Positions 31,801 to 43,800 of a DNA stretch of 64,000 nt are shown here, in pieces. The position numbers were made by a program, and so were the translations under genes. Every line of letters begins with the position of its first letter. The stretch's first letter is position 1. The stretch lies in NCBI GenBank assembly GCA_000002435.2, contig CM018791.1; one strand, given 5' to 3'. Source of the stretch: Giardia intestinalis. Lineage: Eukaryota. Under the pieces are notes generated by a model that was not told the DNA's origin, did no database searches, and was given only the letters and a program-made list of their open reading frames with translations.

Positions 31801-34800
31801 GCCAATCAAGGATTACTCCCCAAGATAGGCAGCTCTCTGCACACTGTGCATCACATAGCCAGAGGTGTAATTAGTCAGATTGAGAGCTGGGTCTATTCTG
31901 CCTCTGAATCCATTTTCCCACGAATCGTTGAGATGCTCTCACTCACGGCACACGACAAATTAAACTGCAACAGAAACGTCTCTGACTTCAGGCGACGCTT
32001 CGCCAATAGCATATGCAGGAATCTATCGCTGCCCTTTGGGATAGATTCTACACAAGCGTGCACCGGGGCATCGTTTCAACAGCTTCTTTACGCTAGCATA
32101 TGGGCACAATCTGGGCTCCCCTTCCTTTCAAAGAAGAGTATTCAGGACTCTCGCCTCATTTTGCAGCAGAACAAAATCGATTACCGTACCACTAGCTCCT
32201 TTCAGTTTTTCGAGAGACCTCAGACAATCCACCCTATTCATATTTCAACCGTGTTTCTTGAGATGGAGGACTTAATTAAGCGCTTGATCGAGCTGCTACA
32301 GATAACCAACAAATCAAATTGTGAAATCTTGGGCTTCTACAACTCCCCAGACTATAAAGATCTAAGCCCGGCAGAGCTATTTACATGGCTAGAAAAGAAC
32401 GGTGAATTTGCACGTGTTGACAAGATAGACTATGTGCTCTTTGGAGATAGCAACGACATGACGAAGATAGGGATAAAGGTTGAGTCCGACACGAGTGAGG
32501 AGAAGCTCGCTGAGATAAGAAAGGCGAAGCTAGCATATTACTCCAGGTTGCTGACGCGAGGAGAGCCTCTTCCTATCAAACCAGAGAACATAAAGCTCAT
32601 AATAAGCGAATCCCCATACTTGCCCGATGTAACCATCGAGACTAGATTGCGATCACTGTTGCCCCTGGTATCTCTCACTTGCAAGCTGATTCTCTTAAGT
32701 GACGACCTAAGCACTCAGATTGAAGATTGGTTCTCTCAATCTATCAATGCAATCTCCATCCAGGACATCAAGATTGCTATAATTCACGCTATAGATGTCG
32801 CTCTTTCGTTTCTTGCGTCTGTCGGCGACGAAATTGCTATATCCTCCATTGCCCGTATGATCTTTGAAACGTTAAGCAAATACCGGCAACAATTCATCGT
32901 CCTTTTCATCATAAAGGCTGCTCTGGATAATACGCAAGTAGGCTTTGGATATGATGTAACTGCGTACGACACGTTCCAGCCGTACAATAAGGGTGACATT
33001 TCCTTCGACGAATACCTGGGTATAGATAGTAGAGAGCCTCTAACCATATCTCTATACGTTAAAGACCTGCTCTCTAAGGCCCAGTATCAATTAACAGATG
33101 ATGTCATAGCAAGAAAAGCTGTGGACACCTTCATTGAGTATGCCAACAAGCTGCATTTTGCGATGAACACATACTGCATTAAAACCCGAATTGATAAACT
33201 AATTCAGCTTCAGCATCATGAGATTGCATTAAGTGTTTTGAGTACGCACGAGTCCATTCTCTTGGATTCCTTTTTATTACCTGTCTTTTGTGATTCCAGA
33301 AGTGACTTTTCTCTTCTTGCAGAGCCGGACTTTTTGTCCACCGAATTTTCTAAAACACCGGACGCCAGCTCATGCCTTCTTCCTCCCATGCGTCCAGTTG
33401 TGCATATAAGCAAGGTTAACGGTCGTTCTGGCATAGGAAAATTCATTACCACGGTTAACTGTGCTGGGTACTATAGCTATAAGTCAATTGTAGCTAAGTC
33501 TCTCATGCACGATTTACATTTACCCCCTCTGCGGATCCTGAAGATGACTCCTGCTATCCGCTCGCTGCGGAAACTGCGGTATCTCATGGTGGGTGGATCT
33601 GAGCGTATGCTTATGCAGTCGATGCACCATTATCAGGCGGATCTTCTCACATCCTTCACTTCCTACCACACTGACAGCCTGTTTGATCTAGAGTGGCTCA
33701 GCTCCTCGTCAATCATTTCCTATTATAACACAACCACGGGAACACTCTTTAGCAAGCCTATTTCTTGTTACAATGTATGTAAGCCTGAAATAGATGAATA
33801 TCTGGCTGATCTCGCCCGCGGGCCAATTGCTGCATGTCTTCACAATGCCTTAGAGCAGAAGAGTGACACGGCAGCACAGATAGAGTGGGCATCTGTTGTC
33901 GAAGCCCTGGGATTTGCACTAGCAGACTTGAGATCCATGGACAGTAGCTCTAGGGTGGAACACGTTCTTCAAAACAGACTCGAGGCGTTCTGGAATAATC
34001 TTGCAGATGTCGTGAGCTGCTCAAGCTTTTACAGGGACGCATATGAGCATAGTTCTGCGGCAAGATATGTCTTTCAAGTGTCTACTCCGGATACCTTTGA
34101 CGATCTATACACAACTGACAATACCATTTGCTTACACTCCCGTAACCTCAGGGATCTTCTTCGCATACGTAAGTTGCACCAGGGTGCTAAGCTTCGGCCC
34201 AAACAACTCGCTGTCCCCAATGCTGGTAATCTTTCGCCTTTCATCTCTGGATATATATTTCCATACAGTAACCCATTTATCACGCGACTCAAACACTTTC
34301 AATTCACCGTTATGCGTGGGCTTTATGAACAGCAGCTCTGGATGGAGCCAGCTGTGTCACATCTCTATAATATCAACGTTATAGTACAGCTTATCCTGCT
34401 CCAGTCGTGTGCGTTTCGAGAGCTATCTGCTCTCAATTTGTGTCTTAGCATTAATCACTCTGCCTCAGCATCCTTTGAATCAGAATCTTCGCTAGCTATT
34501 AGGATTGCTCCAGAAGGCTTGAAAAAGAGCGCGTGTAACATATTCTGTTATAAGCCGTTCATAGAGTTCCCTTCCCCTCCAGAGACCTTTGGTCAAGTAG
34601 TGAGTGACCTAATCATGGCCTTGAAATATGCATCTGTGTCCCGATTTAATGCTAACTTGAGCTTTAACCAGTTAGCTCTTCGGAAAACGTCGCGCCAGGG
34701 CCTGTGGACTCTATGCTCAGACATCTTCAACACGCAGACAGCCGCTATCAAAACAAATGCTCACGTTTGTAGCAGCCAACTTCTGAATCCTCTTCGCACG

Positions 34801-37800
34801 CACTTATCTGGGTATAGACTCTTGTTCTCCGCAATAGTAGAGGCTACCTTATACGAGTCCTACTACTCTCCAGTTTGCCGTCCTAAGCTTGCTCTCAAGG
34901 TCCCCGAATTAACCTCCAAGCATCAGGATCCTCTTCCCTTCATACTAATCCCTCTGCCGCAACGCATCATTGATGCCATATCGACGGTACTCGCATGCTG
35001 TGGATATACAGGATACGAATTTGTTGCGTTTAAGCTTCTGTATCCAACTGGAGTGTATGTTTACTATATCGACGGCATCCTGCAGCGTTCTCGATATGCT
35101 CAACGCTGGACCAAAACATACTCCATCCCGCAGAGCTCCAGTGACCAACTGTTATTCACAAAAGACACTGTTTCTTACTCTCTCCTAATAGATCCTGTGC
35201 AGCGCGTTCTTACTGAGCGAGAAGCGCTGGAATACATCCCGTTAGCCACACCGTTGTGCTTCCAATACTTACACCTTTTGTTCACTACTACAACAATTGC
35301 ATTCATCAACCATTGCCTATCCTTATCATTCGGTCTTTACACAACACAGTTTGCTAACCTCCTACAAACAGAGCTGCTGTGCTCAGCTCCAGACAGCCCC
35401 TACCGTAACGAACTTTCGTACTTTGTGCGAGGACTACCTCTCCGAATCACGATTCATGCCATCAGAAAGCTAATGCTCAATATTCAAGAGGGCGCCATCT
35501 ACCAACACAAGGATAGTCTCGAGACACTTGACAATCTGGGCAATCTTGTGGGCTCTCTTCGCCAACTTGTCATCGATCATAGAAAGTATAAGGTTCTTAC
35601 CTTTGATAAGAGCTACACGGACCTCATACTGGAACGTGCTATGCATCGTCTTTCACGGTTACACGACTTGCGGGCCGAACCCCTTACTATCTATACCGGT
35701 GATCCCCTTAAACTTGGTGAGCTGTATGCCGCTAGGACCTCTGATTCGTCATACCATCCAGCAATGCACTCCGCGGATGTAGACTCTCTTTGCGCGCTTT
35801 CCTCTAGTGACGAGGACGACGACGCACTAGACCCAGGGGTGGATGCTGAAGAGGCACTTACCAACTTGCGAAACAAGCTCGATCACCGGCTTGAGCATAC
35901 TGCACATTCGCAGATGCGTTATAACGCTGATCTTTGTAGGGCTGACCGACAATTGAGTGGAAGCGTCGATCAGACATGTGCCACGTCAACGAGTCCTGGG
36001 GCCGGTGATACGGTTTCCAGAGCAATGACAGTGGATAGGTTTTTGACCATTGGACAAATAACAAGCCTATTCGGCTTTTCAAATAGCATGCTGGAGGCGT
36101 CCATTCTGTTACCCTGCTTCAGTGACGCGCGCTCGCAGCATATCTTGGATGTTCTTGATGAGATGGACACTTTACTTTCGACAGTGCGTGGCTGCGTGAA
36201 CAGGAACCCAGACACTGGTGACATCAGCATTGAACAGACTATCTCCGTCTGCCCCGATTTTATGAATACATATTCTTCCCTAATCACATGTCCGACTAAA
36301 GAGATTGAAAAGTATGAGGATTCTCTTGGACAGCACCTTAGGACAATCAGTGCTCAATCTTCTCCTAAGGTTGATCAGTCAATGTATACGTTTTGTCAAT
36401 CAGAAATAGAGGCCATATCATCTTTTCACAACGAGGTCTATTCAGAAGGGGGATTGATAGGGCGGCTTGGGTCTGCCCCGCTTGAAGTTGATGCTCCGTA
36501 CTTTGCACCGTCATTTAGAGGCCTGACTTCCTTTGTCAAGGCAACGGAGTTGTTACTACTAGAGCACTTTGCCATTCTGGTAACTCCCACAACAACGGGC
36601 TACTCTGACCCAAGGGTACTTAACTTCCTCAACGTAAAACTGCCACTACATATGGCATACAGCGTCATCTTTGTATCTGTAGCGTCGAGATTCTTCTCTG
36701 CTTCGGAGGTTTTAAAGCTCCTTGCTACACCAGTGCTCGTCGTCATCCGTGATCTAACTTCAGAACCTGTCAAGAACAACTTACCAGCCTCCCTGCAGGA
36801 GCTGGCATCTCTTTTTGCTACTATTTCAACAGTTAAAGCTCCAGGCCGGCTAATTATCTGGGATCCGTCACTCATTGCGGCGGCTTCTGAGCCCGTCGTC
36901 TATGAGCTGTCTCCTGTGCTTCGCAGTGCTCTTGGAGCAGCTCAAATTCCCATATCTTCCCACTACATAGTGATGGCTTCTGACTTGTTTGAATGGTGTA
37001 TGCCACCACCTATTGTCTCTCTCCCGCAACCTATTGTGTGTCTTGCGAAGCTACTTTCTGGCTATATTTCAATGCCTAAAGTTTCACTAGACACGATAGG
37101 GTCCTTTATATCCCGCATCTCCTCTTGTACGTCTGGCGCAGACACTGAGCCGCGAGCTAGCTATCGCATGGCGGTCGGCCTTCTCTCGCTGCAGTGTCAT
37201 ACTAATCATAGACTAATGACCCTCTTGGAAGCGATATCATCTGTAATAGGAAAGTCCGAGCTGGGTCTGGGCTTTACTGGCAAGAATGCTCTAGAAGCCT
37301 TAAGAACCTTTCTGGGCATCGAGTTTTGGGGCACAAAGGTGCTGTTGGCAGTTGCTCCGAGGCTGCCTGCGTTCGTTTATCTTCTATCTCCAAATCCCTG
37401 TAGCAATGCAGTTCACAAATTGGCCAGTATATCCATTATTGGACCGGTCATTGACAATACAAGCACTCGAGACCTAGAACTTACTGGCCCGCACATTAAT
37501 TGCAGTGCCCCCATACTACTAGAAGTATTAACTTCAGTTTGTCTACCCTGCATCCATTGCCCGCGCTGGGTGGAGATGTTCTATGAACAGTTTTATGCAA
37601 CAGATTGTCGTGGCCTCGTACCCCTGAATACTAAAGGTTGGGGGATTCTCGCCTCCCTAGCTTACAGTATTCTAAACAGAGTGGACAACCTTATACACGG
37701 CCTATACTTGGGAATTACAGACTTCAAGCTAGACTTTAGTAGTACCTCATGTCTGTCTATCATTGAGAAGGTTTCTGCCCAGCCCGTTCTTACACACGGC

Positions 37801-40800
37801 TTCGATCTGATGACAGACACATACACCACCGAACTGCTTATTCTATCATTGGTGCGTATATTGACGGACTTCCAGCTCTCCAGCAACACCCTTTCCTTAA
37901 AAGCGCTTCTCAATAAGTCTGGGACTGGGCATGGTACTGCTTTGAACACTAAAGAAGAAATTTTCAAAATCTACAATGGATTAGATACCGTTTCAATCAT
38001 CAGTGCAATCCACGTGATACGAAACCTTAGCGAGCTGCATACTTTGTACAGCGGGGAGGTTATTCTGGACTCTCACTGCATCTACATATTAGTGATTCCC
38101 GAGCAGCACATCCCAGTCACCTCAGATCGCTACTATCACATCATGCGCATATTATCAGCCAAAAGAGAGAGCACCACCAAGCTGATTGTCCTTACAAACT
38201 GTCGCTCTATCTATGGTCGCTATGTAGAGCTGGGAATCACCACTGAGAGCCCGCTTGCTCAGGAGTTGGATGGGCCTTGTCTTCATGGCATGCTGAGCCA
38301 TGCGCATCTGCTCTACGAGTTTGCGAGCAACTTATCCTATAGCAATATAGTAGAGAGCTACAATGCTTCAACGGGCGCCTTTGCGGAGCTGGAGGCAGCA
38401 AACGTGTCTGCAACTATGTTCGAAGAGACACTCTCCAATTTCGTCTTCACTCTTGAGCAGCGTATCTTTGTGGTTAACTTGGCCGAGTGCCTCAAGATAT
38501 TGTTTGTTCCCATCCTATACATCCCCCTTGAAGCTTACAAACTAACCCCCACTCTGTCAACTCAAACTCTGTCTGGAATTTTGACGATCTACCTTTACTT
38601 GTTACAGCTCTACTCCGTGCTCACTGCAAGGCCAAAGCTAGGAGCACTACGAGCGTGCATCTACCCTCACTACAGCTTTGAGTGCAACATGGACTTTTTA
38701 ATGATCATTACATTGATAACAGATAGGTTTTCTACAGCTCTTGCGTACATAATCGCTATTCTCTTCTCTTTTGCCACCACAGCTGTCAAGCTCTTCTTGC
38801 TATGTTCTACTGATCATGTCTTCAACCGCGAGTTACTCCTGTCTAAATTAAACAATGACCCGGCAACTGCTCTAGCAAAGCATCACAGTAAGTGCCTTTG
38901 CGACATGATACAACTGGTTCTCCTTGAGAAGAAGGGCAAAACCCAATATGAATGTGCAATGAACAAAATTTCGTCTGAGTTCAATCAACCACTATTTGAA
39001 TGTACTCAGATACTAAATCATTATTTCAAAGGCATCATTGATTTGCTGAATTTGCCAGGAGATTCGCACGTATATCGAACGCCATATCTTTATCTACTTC
39101 CGCAGTTTCCAGACTTGTCCGCATCCATAGAGGCCACATGCAGTTCTTATGAATCCATTCTTGCTGTCCGCACAATTGTAGGCTCGTACAAGCACTCCAA
39201 GCCTGAAGCCCTCGATCCTCTGCGCCACGTTACGTTTGAATTAACTCCGCTACCTTATCCTAGTGACTTCTTGGCAGATATCACGGATGCCCAGGTTCCC
39301 ACGGGAGACCATGAGGCAGACTTGCTGGTTTATCGGGCTGTTATCTATCAGCACAAGGGCATCAGCAGAGAGGACTACAAAGGGTTTTCCCTTGCTTACT
39401 GCTTGGCTGCGTCCGCTTACTTCTGCAGGCCTTTTTGTCTCGCAGCTAGTCTCTTCGGAGTTCAGAACACGGTTGTGCTAAAGTATGCATACCCTCTCAT
39501 CAAGCAAGACTGCTCCACCATGGTTCACACTGAGTACGTGTCGCCGTCTTCGGTGACATCTAGTTCTTCTTTAGATATTCTCTCACTGCGTTCGTACTAT
39601 CGTGTTACTAAGTTATATTTGCGTGACGAGTCAGATATCCGCGTGTTTCTCTCTCGCCACCACACCTGGTTTTGTTTAACAGAGGACTCTAGTGAGAGGC
39701 TTGCTATAGCCTTTGTGCGAACGATTATCATTATAGAAGTGGAGTGTCCAGAAGTCCTAGCATCGGGCTTTCTGTCCTCTTTTGCATATCATCAACTAAT
39801 ACAAATGCCAGATTCACTTGGTCATGTAATGACATACAAAATGGTCAATGTTTGTCCCATAATTAACATTTGCTTGGCCATAGGGCAAACGAAAACTAAT
39901 GTTAACGCCTTGAACTTGCTTAGCCATTTGTATTGTCCGCATGCCATAGCAGATTGTTATTCTAGTCCCGAAGGGGATACCGGTACTGCAGCGCTTTTCA
40001 CCCCCACACAGCAAGTTCTGCTCTATGTCCTTCAAACAGAAATAGGGGCCTTGCTTGACCCTGCAGCCGTTGTGCATCTGTGTAAGCGCCTCGCATGTTT
40101 ATCAATACCCTACACTTCTCTCTTGCCTATCCTTTGGGCATTCTCCCAACTGTACTCTCTATATTTATATTCAAATGTATTAACTAGTCAGGGCACTCGC
40201 TCAATCAACTCGCCAGAGACTTCCACAAGGACCACAGAAGCAGTTGACAGCCTACTTGACTTCGTCTACTTTCAGCAATTTGGGCTTCAGATTGCATCCA
40301 GCAGCAACTGGTCGAATCCTCAGCAGTTAATAGAAACCATGGTGACCAACTTGATACCAGCTCTTTCCTCTATCTCAGTTGAGTCCTCATCTATTCTTGC
40401 GAGCTCATTGAGTAGTGAGCCTAGCATTTGTCCGGTTTTTTCTAAAAACTATCTATTACAAATTCTTTCTATTCATATCAATGCAGTCCATATGCGAAAT
40501 CTTTTTAATAGGATTATGTTCCATTATGCTGGAACTGTGGATAGACGCGACAAGGTATTGATGCGAATGCGACAGGCAACATCTTCAAGTTCAAACGATA
40601 ACCTACTTGCACCTTCTACCCGCAATAATTTACTGCCATCCTTTAGCTTGGATTCTATAGATACTTCTTTTAGAAGTCCATTGATCATCTTGGACAAGCT
40701 TTTGAAGGATGCCTTTCACAGACGCCTTCCATCCACGAAGCTAGAAAAACTATTCACCTTGCCGTATGTGAGCGGCATTCGGACGCCTATTTCCGTTGTC

Positions 40801-43800
40801 ATTTCATCGTACTTATCTTACGACGAATTTGTCTTCACCGTTTCACGCCTAACCTGCTCCGAAGTCAAGGTCCCAATGAGCTCAAAGCGGACGTCCATCA
40901 GCTCAGTGGTTGTTGACCTAGGAGGAATCTGTGGTGCCTATCCTTCTGCAGATATAGGTGCAAACCAGACCCTTGGCCAGCTTTCATCTAGAGAAAGAAT
41001 ACTGATGGGTATCCGGGCTGCCGTTGGAAGCATCCTCCGTCTATCTCCTTCTATCTACATGCCTACAAATGCGCGGAAGGACCGGACAGACACGTATCTT
41101 CTTCGAGCGTCTGTCTCATATTATGACGAGCAAAGAGAGAGTTGTATGGCTACAGCACCAGATAATATAAAGAAAGACGCTGGTAGGTATTTGTTTGGCA
41201 CATCTGCCGCTGCCGATGAGTACTCTGCCTCCATGTTTGAACTCTCGATCCCGTTTCCCGTGGGCAGGTTCATAAGCATACCATCCCCGTCCTCCACTAT
41301 ATGCTCGAACATCCATGATGTTCAGGCATCTCTATACACCTTTGCCACATATGCCGGGTTTCAACCGGCGATGCTGCCCGAGTACAACAGGGTAATAATT
41401 ATCGCTCCAATATCTCTACTTCTGGGAACCAGTACACTGGACGTGCTATCGTCTCTTGGTGAGATGTCGTCCTCAGAGAGTCTTTGGCAGCCATCGGAGC
41501 TGTCAGATGTTCTATCTGATTTTACAACCAATACCTCTGTCTCAATGCCAACACTGCCCCTCCTTAATAGTATTATTGCCACTAGACTGAGTATTTTCAT
41601 CTTTGATGATCTCAACATTATGGACTCTAAAGCGGTCCTCAGCCCTGAGCTCCAGCGTCTACGCGCACTTGCCACTATACTCAATCTGCAGGACTATTCA
41701 CACATATTGCCCACAAATCTTCAAGTGTTTACGGAGGCCTTTAACTTAGATTACTTCTATACTGAGGAAACATTTGGAGAGGAGCTCAATGACACTGACT
41801 CTAATGAAGCAGCATCGCCTGTGCTCGGTAATGATATCCACTTGCTGACTACTCCCTCAAAGGAGAAACCGGTGAGTTTTCTTCCCGGCGATCTGTTAAC
41901 GTTTACTGAGATAGCCACGAATAGCACAAATCCTTACATTATAACAATGAGGCTCCGGTGCTCCTATCTTCTTAAATACATGTGGAGGCTCTTCAGTTCA
42001 GAATACACTCTTCCCCAGAATATACTGTTGGCTGTGTTTGGCTCAGCTGGCAACGGGTATGCACTTTCTAACAAATCCATTCCATCCACCGCGATAACGG
42101 TTAAGTCTCAGTTGGAGAGCGTGCAGAAGTCACGCGTGCTATTGTCAGGCAATTCTACTCGGCTGCAATCCGGACTAAGTAACTTTAGTTCTGCCAGGGA
42201 TTTGTCAAACGAAGATTTTGGGTCAGCACAGCTTGATACCGAACTTCGGCAGCTCTCGAAGCGAACATTACTATATTGCAACCTAATATATAGAATCCTT
42301 GCGACTGGGGCCATAAAAGAGAACCCTGTCGTAACCTCTAAGCAGACTACTTTGCTCTCTGACAAATTTATCCGTGGAGCAAAGGAACCTGTACCACTAG
42401 CCACAGATCCTGACTCTGCTCAGGAGTCCTCATATCATCACTCAGAGTCGCAGTTCGACTCTCCTCGACACTTATCACTCGAGAAAGGTTTGGACTCAGA
42501 TACCACCAGTGATTCCGCCACTTCCACACTCATTAAAGTTATCCTCGAACTGTTGCCGCAAGCGACTGCTGAGTTCTCAGTTCTGAAGCACTATGTGTCG
42601 ATAGAACTAATGACTTCACTCGCTAATGCACTCAGCAATAGCATAGTGCTATACTATTCCAAGGAGCATCTGTCCATTCAAGATAGTGCTGTTACATTGG
42701 CCAATTTGCAGCACCACATCGGCACTCTCCAAAGTGCTGCAGCTTCCCATGCCAAGTGCGTAGAGGAGGTTGATAGCCTTATCCAGACACAAGAGGAATC
42801 TATTTCGACCTTACTAAAGCAAGAGGTGGAATATCAAACAACGGTGAATATGCTACTCTCAGAAAAGGAAGCTCTCGGTTTGACCCTTGACACCCAATTA
42901 GAGGATCTGTTCTTAAAGGTGGAACCTTGTCGCATAAAGATAGAAGAGGCCATCAGCTTTCTCTATCGCCTATTCCATGTCTCATTGGAAGCATCGCCTG
43001 ACCTCCTGCTCTCTGACATCTCCGTGGAGCTTTTAGTATCCTTGTTTGGCGTATCAAGAACCTTCCTCCAGGCATCAACACTGTCCATAGATACTGCGCT
43101 ATCTATTAAGTTAACAGAACTCGATATTAGCCACATTCTTAATACGCCTCTATCGCCTGCTGCACTGACCCTTCTAGAAGAAGAGCCGTCTCCCAAGTCT
43201 GCTCTGAGCGATTGTCTGTGCCGCCTTGGAAGTGCTATTGTTGAATACAAAGCTTTGCTAATGCCACATACGATGCTGACAAACAATTCTGCCTATGCTA
43301 ACTATCATAAGCTTGCCATTTTGCTTGCTCTAAAACGGGTGGATGAGGAGCTAGTAAAAGCTCAGCTACAAATAGCAGGGGTCAATTTGGAGAACTATCG
43401 AAAGGAGCGAGCCAATTTAGAAACCCAGAAGAAGCTACTTCTAGAGACAGATGACATCCGTGTGCCCCAAGAAGATATCCTTGCACTTATTTCCAGGCGT
43501 ACCGACGATGAGCTGCACTGCCGACGAATGCTACATTTGGCTGCTTTGTACGGAAGTCTGATCTCTGCATGCACGCTCTTTGGCTTCCATCACCTTGGTC
43601 TGTTCACTGCTATGTTGGATGCATCCTTTGGCAAGACCAAAGATGCACAGCTCTGTGTAGGCTGTCAGCTCGTTGATCATGGAGCTGCGTGTCATGCATG
43701 TCACAACTGTCGCTGCTTTTGTCGCTGTACACGCACCTATCAGCCCACTGGTGCATATGTAACAAACGCAGCGCAGACCCTTCCACTTCTCTGCACAGAC

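Noticed and set aside
33418-33441. Possible Walker A (GRSGIGKF) in the giant protein
   Set aside because: The final residue is Phe rather than Ser or Thr, and no Walker B or AAA context follows. It is not a P-loop.
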